DNA of 57,731 bases. It comes from an uncultured Bacteroides sp. (GTDB lineage Bacteria > Bacillota > Clostridia > Oscillospirales > Ruminococcaceae). The stretch is taken from contig CAYJLZ010000003.1 in assembly GCA_964371265.1 (NCBI GenBank), positions 1 through 57,731 on the forward strand, in the 5' to 3' direction. The notes below the pieces were generated by a model. That model had not been told where the DNA came from. It saw only the letters and a program-made list of their open reading frames with translations, and did not search any database. Shown in pieces: positions 19,696 through 29,397 of the stretch. Within the stretch, counting starts at the first letter, position 1; each line of letters opens with the position of its first letter. A program made the position numbers and the translations under genes.

Positions 19696-21360
19696 GTGCA
19701 AGAGCAATTAAAAACATACATACAAAAAATTAAACAAGGCTGGAAAAACACTTCGGCAAAAGTAAAGAAGTGGATTTACATCGGCCTTGTTGTTGCGCTT
19801 ATAATAGCGGCTGTTATTTTAGGCATAAACATGTTAAGGCCTTACGACACTTTGTTTACGGGTTTAAACCAAGAAGATATGTCGAGCATTGTTACGTATT
19901 TGTCGGACAACGGCATTACAGATTACAAAATACAGGGTAGCGATACTGTGCTTGTACCGCAAAACAGGGCTGCACAGCTTAAGGCTGATTTGTTAATGCA
20001 AGGGTATCCTTCTTCGGGATTTGGATATAGCACATACCTTGATAATGTAGGTGCGCTTTCAACTGAATCGGAGCGAAATAAGCTTGCACTATTTAGCTTG
20101 CAAGATGAAATGGAAGCTGTAATTAAGCACTTTGACTTTGTAAGCGACGCACAAGTTATTATAGTACCGGGCGAGGATAACTCGTACGTTCTTGACAGTG
20201 GGAACATAATGCAGGCGAGTGCATCGGTAATGGTAACAATGACAGCCGGGCAAACTTTGAGCGCAGATCAGGTAAAAGCTATTAGAGACCTTGTTAGCAG
20301 AGCTGTACAGGGCCTTGAAATTGAAAACATAAGCATAACCGATACGCTTGGTAACAGCTATTCGGCGTCAGACGATGCAACATCGCTTACACAAAACGCA
20401 ACTGCTTTAAAACTAGAGCTGGAGCAAGAGGTAAACAACAAAGTGCGCACAAACATAGCGCATGTGCTTGAGCCGCTTTTTGGCAGCGATAATTTTAGAA
20501 TAAGTGTAAATAGTATTGTGGATATGGACAGGAGCGTTACAGACTCTACAAACTACACACTGGAAGAATGGGCGCAAGATGGATCGACAGATGGCGAGGG
20601 CATAGTTGGCAGTAAGGTGTACGACCAGCAAATTATTAGGCAAAACGAAGACGAAGAAGGCGGTGCTGTTGGCACCACTACAAATTCGGATATAAATACA
20701 TACGTTGAAGACGAGGCACTGCAAGACCCGAATTTAGACCAAATGAACAACTACGGCGAAGAAAACTTTTTAGTTGACACAACGAAAAGTCAATCGGAGA
20801 GCCTGGGCGGTACTGTTGCCGATTTAACAGTTAGCATAACGGTTAACAGCGCAGTAACAGCGGGAATGGATGCAAACGAACTATATGACCTTGTTGCAAG
20901 GGCTGCAGGAATAGATGCAACTATTCAACAAGATAAAATAGACATTATGATAGCACCGTTTTTTGAGGAAGATACAACGATATTTACAGACGATGCGCTT
21001 ATTCAAGAGTGGATGATAATACCACTTATAGGCCTTGCGGTATTTTTATTAATAATGCTTATAGTAATAATTTTAATAACTAGAAGCAGAAAGAAAAAAC
21101 GCCGCAAAAAAGCAGAGGTTGAGCTTGCACAAGCAAAAGATAAGGCACAGGCGCAAATGCTTGCGCAGGGCTTTGATGCTAGTTCAAATCCGGCACTTGC
21201 GGGACTATCGCCGCAAGAAATAAGCGAACAAATGGTAGATATTATGGATATCAGGAGTGACAGGAGCGTAGATCTGAGAAAAACAGTGCGCGAATTTGAA
21301 AAAAACAACCCTGAATTAGCAGCGCAATTGGTTAAAAACTGGCTAAAGGAGGGTACCTGA
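19696..21360 (+). CDS. fliF: MS-ring protein FliF
   Basis: Two TM segments, LFTGL, ASASV, ENISITD, C-terminal NPELAAQLVKNWL; GTG start after GGAGGT. Confidence 0.93.
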   Translation: MQEQLKTYIQKIKQGWKNTSAKVKKWIYIGLVVALIIAAVILGINMLRPYDTLFTGLNQEDMSSIVTYLSDNGITDYKIQGSDTVLVPQNRAAQLKADLLMQGYPSSGFGYSTYLDNVGALSTESERNKLALFSLQDEMEAVIKHFDFVSDAQVIIVPGEDNSYVLDSGNIMQASASVMVTMTAGQTLSADQVKAIRDLVSRAVQGLEIENISITDTLGNSYSASDDATSLTQNATALKLELEQEVNNKVRTNIAHVLEPLFGSDNFRISVNSIVDMDRSVTDSTNYTLEEWAQDGSTDGEGIVGSKVYDQQIIRQNEDEEGGAVGTTTNSDINTYVEDEALQDPNLDQMNNYGEENFLVDTTKSQSESLGGTVADLTVSITVNSAVTAGMDANELYDLVARAAGIDATIQQDKIDIMIAPFFEEDTTIFTDDALIQEWMIIPLIGLAVFLLIMLIVIILITRSRKKKRRKKAEVELAQAKDKAQAQMLAQGFDASSNPALAGLSPQEISEQMVDIMDIRSDRSVDLRKTVREFEKNNPELAAQLVKNWLKEGT

Positions 21361-21365
21361 TAACT

Positions 21366-22484
21366 ATGGCTGAAAAAAAAGTAAAACCTAATGCAAAATC
21401 TAAAAAAGCCGATTTAGACGCCGATGAAGACGACAGTGCGCAGCAAGCTGCACAGGCTACGCCGGCAGTGCCCGAAATACCGGAAATGAACCTTTCGAAA
21501 AAGCAAAAAGCGGCTGCGGTTATAGTGTCGCTCGGAACAGAAAAGGCATCGGCTTTGTATCAGCATTTAGATGCAGACGACCTTGAAAATTTAACAATAG
21601 AAGTTGCAAAACTGGGATTTATAGACGCAGGCACAACAGAAGCTGTTTTAAACGAATTTTACCAAATGTGCCTTACAAACAAAGCGGTAACCGAGGGCGG
21701 ATACGACTATGCGAGAAGTGTGCTTGAAAATGCTTTTGGGGCACAGGCGGCGCAAAGTTTGCTTGAAAAAGTAACAAGTGCTCTTATGAGCAAAGAGTTC
21801 GACTTTTTAGATAAGGCCGATGAAAAATCGCTGTTCAGCGCCTTGCAACACGAGCGCCCACAAACTATTGCGCTTATATTATCGTATGCATCTCCGGGCA
21901 AATCGGCAAGCGTTGTAGAACAGCTTGACCCTGTAAAGCAAGTTAAGGTAATAGAGGCGATTGCAAACATGGACTCGGCATCGCCCATTGCCATAAAGCT
22001 TATAGAGGAAGAACTTGAAAAGAATTTCAGCGCGCTTGTACGCACCGACAACGTGGAAATTGGCGGCGTAGATTACGTAGCCGGCATAATGAACAACCTC
22101 GACAGGGCAAGCGAGAAGAGCATATTCGACCAACTTGGAAAAACAAACGAAGTTTTGGCCGAAGAAATTCGCAAAAGGATGTTTACATTCGAAGATATTA
22201 TTACTATGGACGACAGAAGCGTGCAGCGCTTTGTGCGTGATTGCGATCCGAAAGATCTTGTTCTTGCGCTTAAAGGTGCGGGCAACGAAGTTGCAAATAA
22301 AATATTTGCAAACATGTCCTCTCGTATGGCACAAAGCATTAAAGACGACCTCGAGGTTACAACAAATGTACGCCTACGCGATGCAGAAGAAGCTCAACAG
22401 CGCGTAGTTGGCATAATAAGAGGATTGGAAGAAAAAGGCGAATTAATTATCCTCAAGGGAGGCGGCGACGATATAATTGTCTAA
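21366..22484 (+). CDS. fliG: Motor switch protein FliG
   Basis: QKAA, EGGYDYA, ERPQTIALIL, MFTFED and NMSSR motifs. Confidence 0.96.
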   Translation: MAEKKVKPNAKSKKADLDADEDDSAQQAAQATPAVPEIPEMNLSKKQKAAAVIVSLGTEKASALYQHLDADDLENLTIEVAKLGFIDAGTTEAVLNEFYQMCLTNKAVTEGGYDYARSVLENAFGAQAAQSLLEKVTSALMSKEFDFLDKADEKSLFSALQHERPQTIALILSYASPGKSASVVEQLDPVKQVKVIEAIANMDSASPIAIKLIEEELEKNFSALVRTDNVEIGGVDYVAGIMNNLDRASEKSIFDQLGKTNEVLAEEIRKRMFTFEDIITMDDRSVQRFVRDCDPKDLVLALKGAGNEVANKIFANMSSRMAQSIKDDLEVTTNVRLRDAEEAQQRVVGIIRGLEEKGELIILKGGGDDIIV

Positions 22485-23403
22485 TATATTTAAAAGTTTT
22501 TCAGGTGTTTTTGCCGAACAGTACGTTTTTCCAAGTGCAGATGAAATAGACTTGAGTGACGATGCGTTTATATCTATGGGCGAAGAGAACATTGAAAACA
22601 GAGAAGATGCTGACTTTGAAAATGAATTTTTTGAAGAAAATACATTAGATGTCGGCGAGTTTGAACTTGACGATGAACTTGCACAAATGATAGAAAACGC
22701 AAAAAAAGACAGCGAACACGACTTTGAACTTGTGGACATTGAAAATAAAAAAAGCCAAATAACGCATCAAAAAGCACTTGCAAATAATTTGGAGTTTGCA
22801 AGTGTTCAGGCAAACGAAATTATTGAGGATGCAATTAAAAGGGCAAAAATAATTGTTGATGAGGCAACCGATAAGGCGCAAAGCTTAACACAAAATGCAA
22901 TAGGGCAAGTGCAAACTTTACAAAAAGAGGCATTTGAAAAAGGCTATGCAGAGGGTTTTGAACAAGGGCAAAACGAAGCTGCCGAGCAAAGCGCATTGCA
23001 AATAAAAGAGTTTTTAAAGGCTGCAACACAGCAAACCGAAATGCTTTATGTAAACAGCCAAAAAGAGCTTTGCGATTTAGCCGTTACCGTAGCCGAAAAA
23101 GTTATACATGTAAGCTTAAAAAGCAGTAGAGAAGTAATAGGGCGAATGATACAAGTTTCAACCGAAAAGCTGAAAAGAAGAGAATGGGTGCGCATTTACA
23201 TAAACGAGGGCGATGCAAAAGGCATTGCACAGGCATCACCTACTTTAATGGCTGCGCTTGCAGGGCTTTCGAGCAACATAAAAATTGTGCCACTTAAAGA
23301 TAATGAAGAGGGAACTTGTATAATTGAAATGCCCGACGAAATTATAGACGCAAGCGTTAGCACACAGCTAAAAAATATTCAGGACACTTTAAATCATCTA
23401 TAA
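22477..23403 (+). CDS. fliH: Export protein FliH with acidic N-terminal extension
   Basis: GxxxG repeat (KGYAEGFEQG), C-terminal GTCIIE...IIDAS; position between fliG and fliI. Confidence 0.88.
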   Translation: MSNIFKSFSGVFAEQYVFPSADEIDLSDDAFISMGEENIENREDADFENEFFEENTLDVGEFELDDELAQMIENAKKDSEHDFELVDIENKKSQITHQKALANNLEFASVQANEIIEDAIKRAKIIVDEATDKAQSLTQNAIGQVQTLQKEAFEKGYAEGFEQGQNEAAEQSALQIKEFLKAATQQTEMLYVNSQKELCDLAVTVAEKVIHVSLKSSREVIGRMIQVSTEKLKRREWVRIYINEGDAKGIAQASPTLMAALAGLSSNIKIVPLKDNEEGTCIIEMPDEIIDASVSTQLKNIQDTLNHL

Positions 23404-23482
23404 TAATTAATTATTAATAAGTAAAGTGTAAATCGGCAAAATTTACATACATAGCATAGTATTATAAAGGGGGGTGCCGGCG

Positions 23483-24787
23483 ATGATATCTAAAATGATA
23501 AAGCACGTTAACGATATGCAAACAGTTAGTTACGTGGGAAAAATTGAAAACATGGTCGGCATGTCTATTGAGGCGAGCGGAACACGAAGTGCTAAGGGCG
23601 ACATTTGCCAAATACTTAACGGCCAAACGGGCGAGCAGGTTATGGCAGAGGTTGTGGGTTTTAAAAACGACAAAACACTTTTAATGCCCTATACAAATAT
23701 GAGCGGTATATCGGCGGGAAACTTTGTGCGAAACACACAGCGCAGGCTAAGCCTTAAAATAGGAGACTTTTTAAAGGGCAGAGTAATAGATGCACTGGGC
23801 AACCCAATTGACGGAAAGGGCGATTTTAGTGGCGGCACAAACTTTTGCGTAGACAATAACAACTATATAAACCCAATGTCGCGCCCGCCTATAAGAGAGC
23901 GAATGGAGTTTGGCATAAAGGCAATTGACAGCATGCTTACAATAGGCAAAGGCCAGCGCATAGGTATATTTTCGGGCAGTGGTGTTGGCAAAAGCACTTT
24001 AATGGGCATGATAGCACGAAACGTTAAGGCAGACATAAACGTTATAGCGCTTGTGGGCGAGCGCGGAAGAGAAGTGCTAGAGTTTATGGAAAAAGACCTT
24101 GGACCTGAGGGAATGAGCAGAAGTGTACTAGTTGTAGCAACGTCCGATCAGCCGGCAATGCTTAGAAAACAGTGCCCAAGCGTTGCGACGGGAATTGCCG
24201 AATACTTTAAAGATCAAGGCCTTGACGTTTTACTTATGATGGACTCGCTTACAAGGTTTGCAATGGCTCAAAGGGAAATTGGCCTTGCCGTGGGCGAGCC
24301 GCCCGTTGCAAGGGGATACACGCCCTCAATTTATTCAGAGCTTCCAAAACTTCTCGAGCGCTCGGGCAATTTTGAGAGGGGATCAATTACGGGGGTGTAC
24401 ACTGTGCTTGTAGAGGGCGACGACACAAACGAGCCTATATCCGACACAGTTAGAGGTATTTTAGACGGACACATTATTCTGTCAAGGCGCCTTGCAAGTG
24501 CAAACCACTTCCCGGCAATAGATGTTAGCGCAAGTGTTTCTCGCCTTATGATAGATATAGTTAACAACGAGCACACACGCCTTGCAGCGGACTTGCGAGA
24601 TATACTTAGCATATACGAAAAAAACGCTGACCTTGTTACAATTGGCGCATACAAAGCGGGCGCAAACCCAAAACTTGATTACGCACTTAGTAAAATAGAT
24701 GCACTAAACAATTTTTTACAGCAGGGTATAGCAGAAAGTTTTACATACGAGCAGAACTTAAAACATATGAAAGCTATTTTACAATAA
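23483..24787 (+). CDS. fliI: Flagellar export ATPase FliI
   Basis: GSGVGKST, GERGREV, MDSLTRFA and ILDGHI motifs. ATG at 23483; the ORF track starts at GTG 23474. Confidence 0.97.
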   Translation: MISKMIKHVNDMQTVSYVGKIENMVGMSIEASGTRSAKGDICQILNGQTGEQVMAEVVGFKNDKTLLMPYTNMSGISAGNFVRNTQRRLSLKIGDFLKGRVIDALGNPIDGKGDFSGGTNFCVDNNNYINPMSRPPIRERMEFGIKAIDSMLTIGKGQRIGIFSGSGVGKSTLMGMIARNVKADINVIALVGERGREVLEFMEKDLGPEGMSRSVLVVATSDQPAMLRKQCPSVATGIAEYFKDQGLDVLLMMDSLTRFAMAQREIGLAVGEPPVARGYTPSIYSELPKLLERSGNFERGSITGVYTVLVEGDDTNEPISDTVRGILDGHIILSRRLASANHFPAIDVSASVSRLMIDIVNNEHTRLAADLRDILSIYEKNADLVTIGAYKAGANPKLDYALSKIDALNNFLQQGIAESFTYEQNLKHMKAILQ

Positions 24788-24814
24788 ACTTAATATCTCA
24801 TAAAGGGTAATGGC

Positions 24815-25282
24815 ATGAAAAAGTTTAACTTTAATTTAGAAACCGTGCTTAGCTACAATAATCAAGTGCTCGACAACATAAAAAGCGAGTACGCCACAGC
24901 ACTTCAAATTGTAAGAAAGCAACAATTAAAGCTTGACAATTTAATTAATAAGCACATTAAACTAAATGCACAAATAAGAGAAAAAGAAATAACGGGCATT
25001 GCGGTTGCAGAGGCAATGAGCTACGAAATAGGCCTTAGAGTGCTTGAAAAAAAGATAAAAGATGAAACAAAAATTTTGCATGAGCTTGAAAAACAAGCAG
25101 AGGCAAAGAGAGTAGAGCTTTTAGAGGCAAAAAAAGATGCCATGACAATGGAAAAACTAAAAGATAAGAGTTTAGAAGAGTATAAAAAGAAAGAGATAAA
25201 AGAGCAAGAAAATTTAATAGACGAACTTGTATCGCTGCAAAGGGTAATAAGTGAGGGCGATACAATAAATACAAGTAAGTAA
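24815..25282 (+). CDS. fliJ: Export protein FliJ
   Basis: MKKFNFNLETVL start, coiled coil, EKLK..EQ..IDE pattern; follows fliI. Confidence 0.9.
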   Translation: MKKFNFNLETVLSYNNQVLDNIKSEYATALQIVRKQQLKLDNLINKHIKLNAQIREKEITGIAVAEAMSYEIGLRVLEKKIKDETKILHELEKQAEAKRVELLEAKKDAMTMEKLKDKSLEEYKKKEIKEQENLIDELVSLQRVISEGDTINTSK

Positions 25283-25372
25283 CCGGTATAATGTGATATA
25301 TACCGCAAAAGCGGTTTATATAACATCAAACGGAACACCGTTTGAGATAAATAAAACGAAGGAGGTGAAAAA

Positions 25373-26515
25373 ATGAATAATGCACAAGCAATTTTGCAAA
25401 TGATGTACAGTGCAGTGGCAAGTAATACGCAGCAAATGTTGCAAAGCGCCAATGCAAGCGATGTAAATAACAATGATTTTAAAAAGATGATTGAAGAAAA
25501 AAGCGAAGAATTTACAAGCTCGTACAATGCAAGCGAAAATAGCAACAAAAAACCTGAAAGTGCGCAAAGGCCAAACGACAAAGTGCAAACTGACAGTACG
25601 CAAAAAAATAATACTGTACAGAAAGACGATACAAACAACGACGAATTGCAAAACTTACAGGATACTTCGCAAATACAAATGATAGATTTATCGCTTGTAA
25701 TACCAAACAAGCAAACCGGCGAGCTTAACTTGCAATTGCTAAGCGGAGAAAAACTAGCGGCAGCGCTTGCACAAAAAATTGTGCCTGAAAACACACAGCA
25801 AACTATGCAAGCAAATGCAGGCGAAACGCAAACAAACGCAACACAGCAACAAAGTGCACAAACACAGCAATCTGCACTGCAAACACAGCAGCAAACAGCT
25901 CAGTCTTTACAACAAACGCAAAACCAAAATGCCCAAAGTGAACAGGGCAAAAATGGCAATGCGGCAAACGGCGGAGAAAGTGCCAAAGATGATGCGTTAC
26001 AGCTTACAGCAAACGATGCATCGCAGCAGCCTGTTTTTACAAAAACCGAGTTTGTACCTGTTAAAGTGGGCGATGGCCAAATGCAACAACCTGCGCAAAC
26101 ACCTACTACAGACATTAGCATTGCAAACACAATTATAAACGCATCAAACAATGGAACAGACCAAGTTACAATTAAACTTACACCGGAACATTTGGGGAAC
26201 CTAGTAATAGACATTGTGCGATCACCTACAGGAGTAATAAGCATAGTACTTACACCCGAAACAGAAGCAGCGGCTAAAATGTTAAGCGAACACTCGACAA
26301 ACATTGCAGGCCTTTTGCAAAACGGCACAAACGAAGTTAAGGTGCAAGTAGTGCCACCGCAAGAGAGCGAAAGTATGATGCAAAACCCAAATAAAGATGC
26401 GAAAGATGGTACCGACAACAGGCAAGAGCAAGAAAATCAGCAAAAGCAAAGCTCGCAAGATTTTATAAACAAGCTCAGGCTCGGACTTGTAGACAGTACC
26501 GCACAATCTGCGTAA
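25373..26515 (+). CDS. fliK: Hook-length control protein FliK
   Basis: Q/N/T-rich disordered body plus IKLTPEHLGNL C-domain; position between fliJ and flgD. Confidence 0.85.
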   Translation: MNNAQAILQMMYSAVASNTQQMLQSANASDVNNNDFKKMIEEKSEEFTSSYNASENSNKKPESAQRPNDKVQTDSTQKNNTVQKDDTNNDELQNLQDTSQIQMIDLSLVIPNKQTGELNLQLLSGEKLAAALAQKIVPENTQQTMQANAGETQTNATQQQSAQTQQSALQTQQQTAQSLQQTQNQNAQSEQGKNGNAANGGESAKDDALQLTANDASQQPVFTKTEFVPVKVGDGQMQQPAQTPTTDISIANTIINASNNGTDQVTIKLTPEHLGNLVIDIVRSPTGVISIVLTPETEAAAKMLSEHSTNIAGLLQNGTNEVKVQVVPPQESESMMQNPNKDAKDGTDNRQEQENQQKQSSQDFINKLRLGLVDSTAQSA

Positions 26516-26527
26516 AAGGAGAATTTT

Positions 26528-27109
26528 ATGAGCGATTTTTTTATGCCGACATCGCTAGATAGCTGGGCAGGGTTTACCGATTATGACTCGAGCAGCACAA
26601 GTGGACTTGACAGCTCGTTTTGGGACTATGTACTTGAAAACGATATTTCGGTTAACAACCCCGGAGAGAGCGACGATCTTCAGTTTGAAGACTTTTTAAG
26701 CCTCATGGTTCAACAATTGCAAAGCCAAACAATTGACTCGGCTATGGACTCTACCGAAATGTTAAACCAGCTTATTCAAATGTCAAACGTTCAAATGATG
26801 AGTTCGCTTCAAACTAGCATGGAGTCGCTATCAATGGCAAGTACGCTAACGTATGCAAGTGGCCTTGTGGGCAAAACAGTTACAGTTGGCTCGTACGACG
26901 ATGACGGAATTATGCAAGAGATAGTTGGTACAGTACAAGGAACAGGTACATACCAAGGATTGTCCGTTATTTTTGTTAACGACGAAATGTATGCTCTAAG
27001 CGATATTATGGCCGTTGGAACACTTCCTGATATTCCCGAACTTGGCGGCGGTGATACCGATACAGGCGAGGCTGGCACAGACGATACATCGGGGCAAACA
27101 ACTATTTAA
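26528..27109 (+). CDS. flgD: Hook capping protein FlgD
   Basis: DFLSLMVQQLQSQ...MD..EM..QL.Q and ASGLVGKTV motifs. Confidence 0.9.
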   Translation: MSDFFMPTSLDSWAGFTDYDSSSTSGLDSSFWDYVLENDISVNNPGESDDLQFEDFLSLMVQQLQSQTIDSAMDSTEMLNQLIQMSNVQMMSSLQTSMESLSMASTLTYASGLVGKTVTVGSYDDDGIMQEIVGTVQGTGTYQGLSVIFVNDEMYALSDIMAVGTLPDIPELGGGDTDTGEAGTDDTSGQTTI

Positions 27110-27154
27110 CAAAAATTTACCACAGCAAATAATTTAAAATGGGGGCGGCGATTA

Positions 27155-27568
27155 ATGGTAGATATTACCACCCAAGCAATGTTTAATAAAGCGCTGTCCG
27201 TTTCAGGACCCGGCGTGGGTACAAAGGTTAATCAAAGCACAAAGCAAGGCAATTTAAACGGCCAAAGCTTTGATGACATTCTAAAAAAAGAACTGCTCCA
27301 ATCCCAAGGCTCTAATCAAATTGAGTTTTCAAAACATGCTATGGCAAGGGCCGAGGAGAGAGGAATAGAACTTACAGATAACCTTATAACAAAACTCACT
27401 CAAAGTGTACAAAAAGCGGGTGAAAAGGGCGCACAAAATATTTTGGCACTTAGCGCCGAAAGCGCATTTATAATTAATGTGCCAAACAATAAAGTTATTA
27501 CAACAATATCCGGCACAGAAATGCAAGACAATATTTTTACAAACATTGACAGCGCAGTTATTTTGTAA
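27155..27568 (+). CDS. Flagellar operon protein, TIGR02530-like
   Basis: FSKHA..R...RGI and NIFTNIDSAV motifs; typical position between flgD and flgE. Confidence 0.85.
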   Translation: MVDITTQAMFNKALSVSGPGVGTKVNQSTKQGNLNGQSFDDILKKELLQSQGSNQIEFSKHAMARAEERGIELTDNLITKLTQSVQKAGEKGAQNILALSAESAFIINVPNNKVITTISGTEMQDNIFTNIDSAVIL

Positions 27569-27667
27569 TATATAAAAGCAGGACCTTTTAGGAGGCTTTA
27601 AAGCACATGCGAATGATGTGTTTTGCTATTACAAAAGGCACTTTAATGTTTGAACATTAAAGGAGAG
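27561..27667 (+). promoter_or_regulatory. Candidate structured cis-regulatory leader upstream of flgE
   Basis: A 10-bp outer stem encloses two hairpins; a further perfect 10-bp inverted repeat runs into the RBS (see findings). Confidence 0.5.
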
Positions 27668-27673
27668 AACACT

Positions 27674-28768
27674 ATGGCATTAGCAGGATCAATGAGCGCA
27701 GGCATAGCGGGATTGAAATCGCACATGTCGGCACTTAACGTTGTTGGTAACAACGTGGCTAACGTTAACACATACGGCTACAAAGCCGGCCGTGTTACAT
27801 TTAGAGAAAGCGTGTACTCCACACAAGCGGCCGCATCAGACGGCACACAGCTTGTGGGTGGCACAAACCCAAGGCAAACAGGTTACGGAAACAGCATAGG
27901 CACGGTAGACCTTGATATGTCTACTCAAGGCCTAGAGGCAACAGGCAGAGCGCTTGATTTAATGATTCAGGGCGATGGCTTTTTAATGCTGGGCGATAAA
28001 GCAGGCGTTGGAGTTGACGCACTTGACACACTTGATTTTTCAAGGGTAGGCAATTTAAAGTTTGACCAAGACGGTTACCTTACCGACGGTATGGGCAACA
28101 TAGTGTACGGCTTTATGACAGCCAGCACAGACCCGGCAACGGGCGACCTTATAGCAACAAGCGGCCTAACAGGTGAAGAAGTTAGCACAAACCTTGTGCC
28201 CATAAGGCTGCCACTAGAGGCAACACAGGCGTTTATAACGGCCAATGCGGCACTTACAGGCGCAGAAGTTGGCGACGCAATTTACCCCGGTGTTAATGCA
28301 ACATCAGGCGTAAACGAATTTGGCACAGCACTTGCAGGCATAGCCGATTTAGACAGTATTGAAGTTGAGAGCGTAAGCATAGACAAAAACGGACGCATCT
28401 CGGCAGTTAACCGCACAACGCAAGAGCCTGTACTTATAGGTTATGTAGCACTTGGCTTTGTTACAAACCCGGCAGCACTAACACACACCGAGGGCCCATA
28501 CTACAAGGCACTTGGCGGCACTGGCGACATTACAATAGGCGTGCCGGGCGGCGAGTTCTCGGGCGATTTAAACAACGGCCTAGCAGCCGGCTCCACAATG
28601 GTGCAAACAGGCACAACCTACATGCCCGGATTTTTAGAGCAATCAGGCACTGACCTTGCAACAGAATTTGCAAACATGATTATTTATCAACGTGGATACC
28701 AAGCAAATACAAGAATTGTTACTGTAACCGACAGTATGCTTGAAGAACTTGTAAACATGAAACGATAA
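27674..28768 (+). CDS. flgE: Flagellar hook protein FlgE
   Basis: GNNVANVNTYGYK, TGRALDLMIQGDGF and LEQSGTDLATEF..MI..QRGYQAN motifs; ATG at 27674 after AAGGAGA. Confidence 0.93.
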   Translation: MALAGSMSAGIAGLKSHMSALNVVGNNVANVNTYGYKAGRVTFRESVYSTQAAASDGTQLVGGTNPRQTGYGNSIGTVDLDMSTQGLEATGRALDLMIQGDGFLMLGDKAGVGVDALDTLDFSRVGNLKFDQDGYLTDGMGNIVYGFMTASTDPATGDLIATSGLTGEEVSTNLVPIRLPLEATQAFITANAALTGAEVGDAIYPGVNATSGVNEFGTALAGIADLDSIEVESVSIDKNGRISAVNRTTQEPVLIGYVALGFVTNPAALTHTEGPYYKALGGTGDITIGVPGGEFSGDLNNGLAAGSTMVQTGTTYMPGFLEQSGTDLATEFANMIIYQRGYQANTRIVTVTDSMLEELVNMKR

Positions 28769-28785
28769 ATTTAATTAATATGCCG

Positions 28786-28823
28786 GCCTTGCCTTTTAAT
28801 GCGAAAATTATAAAAGGCAAGGC
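28786..28823 (+). terminator. Strong hairpin after flgE (terminator or 3' stabiliser)
   Basis: Perfect 13-bp GCCTTGCCTTTTA/TAAAAGGCAAGGC stem; no clear U-tract. Confidence 0.65.
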
Positions 28824-28956
28824 GGTATACAAAAGCTTACTTATAATTAAGTAAAAAACAAGCAGAGTAAATAAAAACAACTACCATAAAAATGCGAAAA
28901 ATACAAAATATATCGAGTGTAAACAAAATTTAACAATAAAAAAAACAAAAATCTAT

Positions 28957-28985
28957 TTGAAAAAAACCTCGTTTAGGTGTAAAAT
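28957..28985 (+). promoter_or_regulatory. SigA-type promoter for flbD-motAB-fliM onward
   Basis: TTGAAA-N17-TAAAAT downstream of the flgE hairpin. Confidence 0.6.
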
Positions 28986-29112
28986 ATATTAATAGACAAA
29001 ATAATGGTACTAATAATACTTAAAAATGAAACTGAATAAAGTGTACTTTATATTACATAAATTTTATATATAACTTAGCATACGGCCATAAATGGCGGAA
29101 TGGAGCGAAAAA

Positions 29113-29331
29113 ATGATTCAACTTACAAAAATGAACGGCGAAGAGTTTTTAATTAACCATCAGCAAATTGAATGTATTGAACTTATACCCGATTGTAAAG
29201 TGGTTATGATGAACCACAGCTATTACCTTGTAAGAGATAAAGCTAGCGAAATAACAAACAAAATATTGGCATACGATGCAAAAACACTTGATGTTAGAAA
29301 AGAAATTACAATAAAGGACAACACAAAGTAA
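29113..29331 (+). CDS. flbD: FlbD/SwrD family flagellar protein
   Basis: MIQLTKMNG..FLIN...IE.IE..PD pattern; precedes motA; GGAG RBS. Confidence 0.88.
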   Translation: MIQLTKMNGEEFLINHQQIECIELIPDCKVVMMNHSYYLVRDKASEITNKILAYDAKTLDVRKEITIKDNTK

Positions 29332-29397
29332 TTTGTTTTATATAACTTTAAAATAAAATTCAGCTTAAAAAACGGCTTTTTATAAGGGGTTTAAGAT

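Noticed and set aside
25780..25940. CRISPR-like or tandem repeat array (AAACACAGCA units)
   Set aside because: These are irregular Gln/Thr codon repeats inside fliK, with no constant repeat-spacer period and no cas genes.
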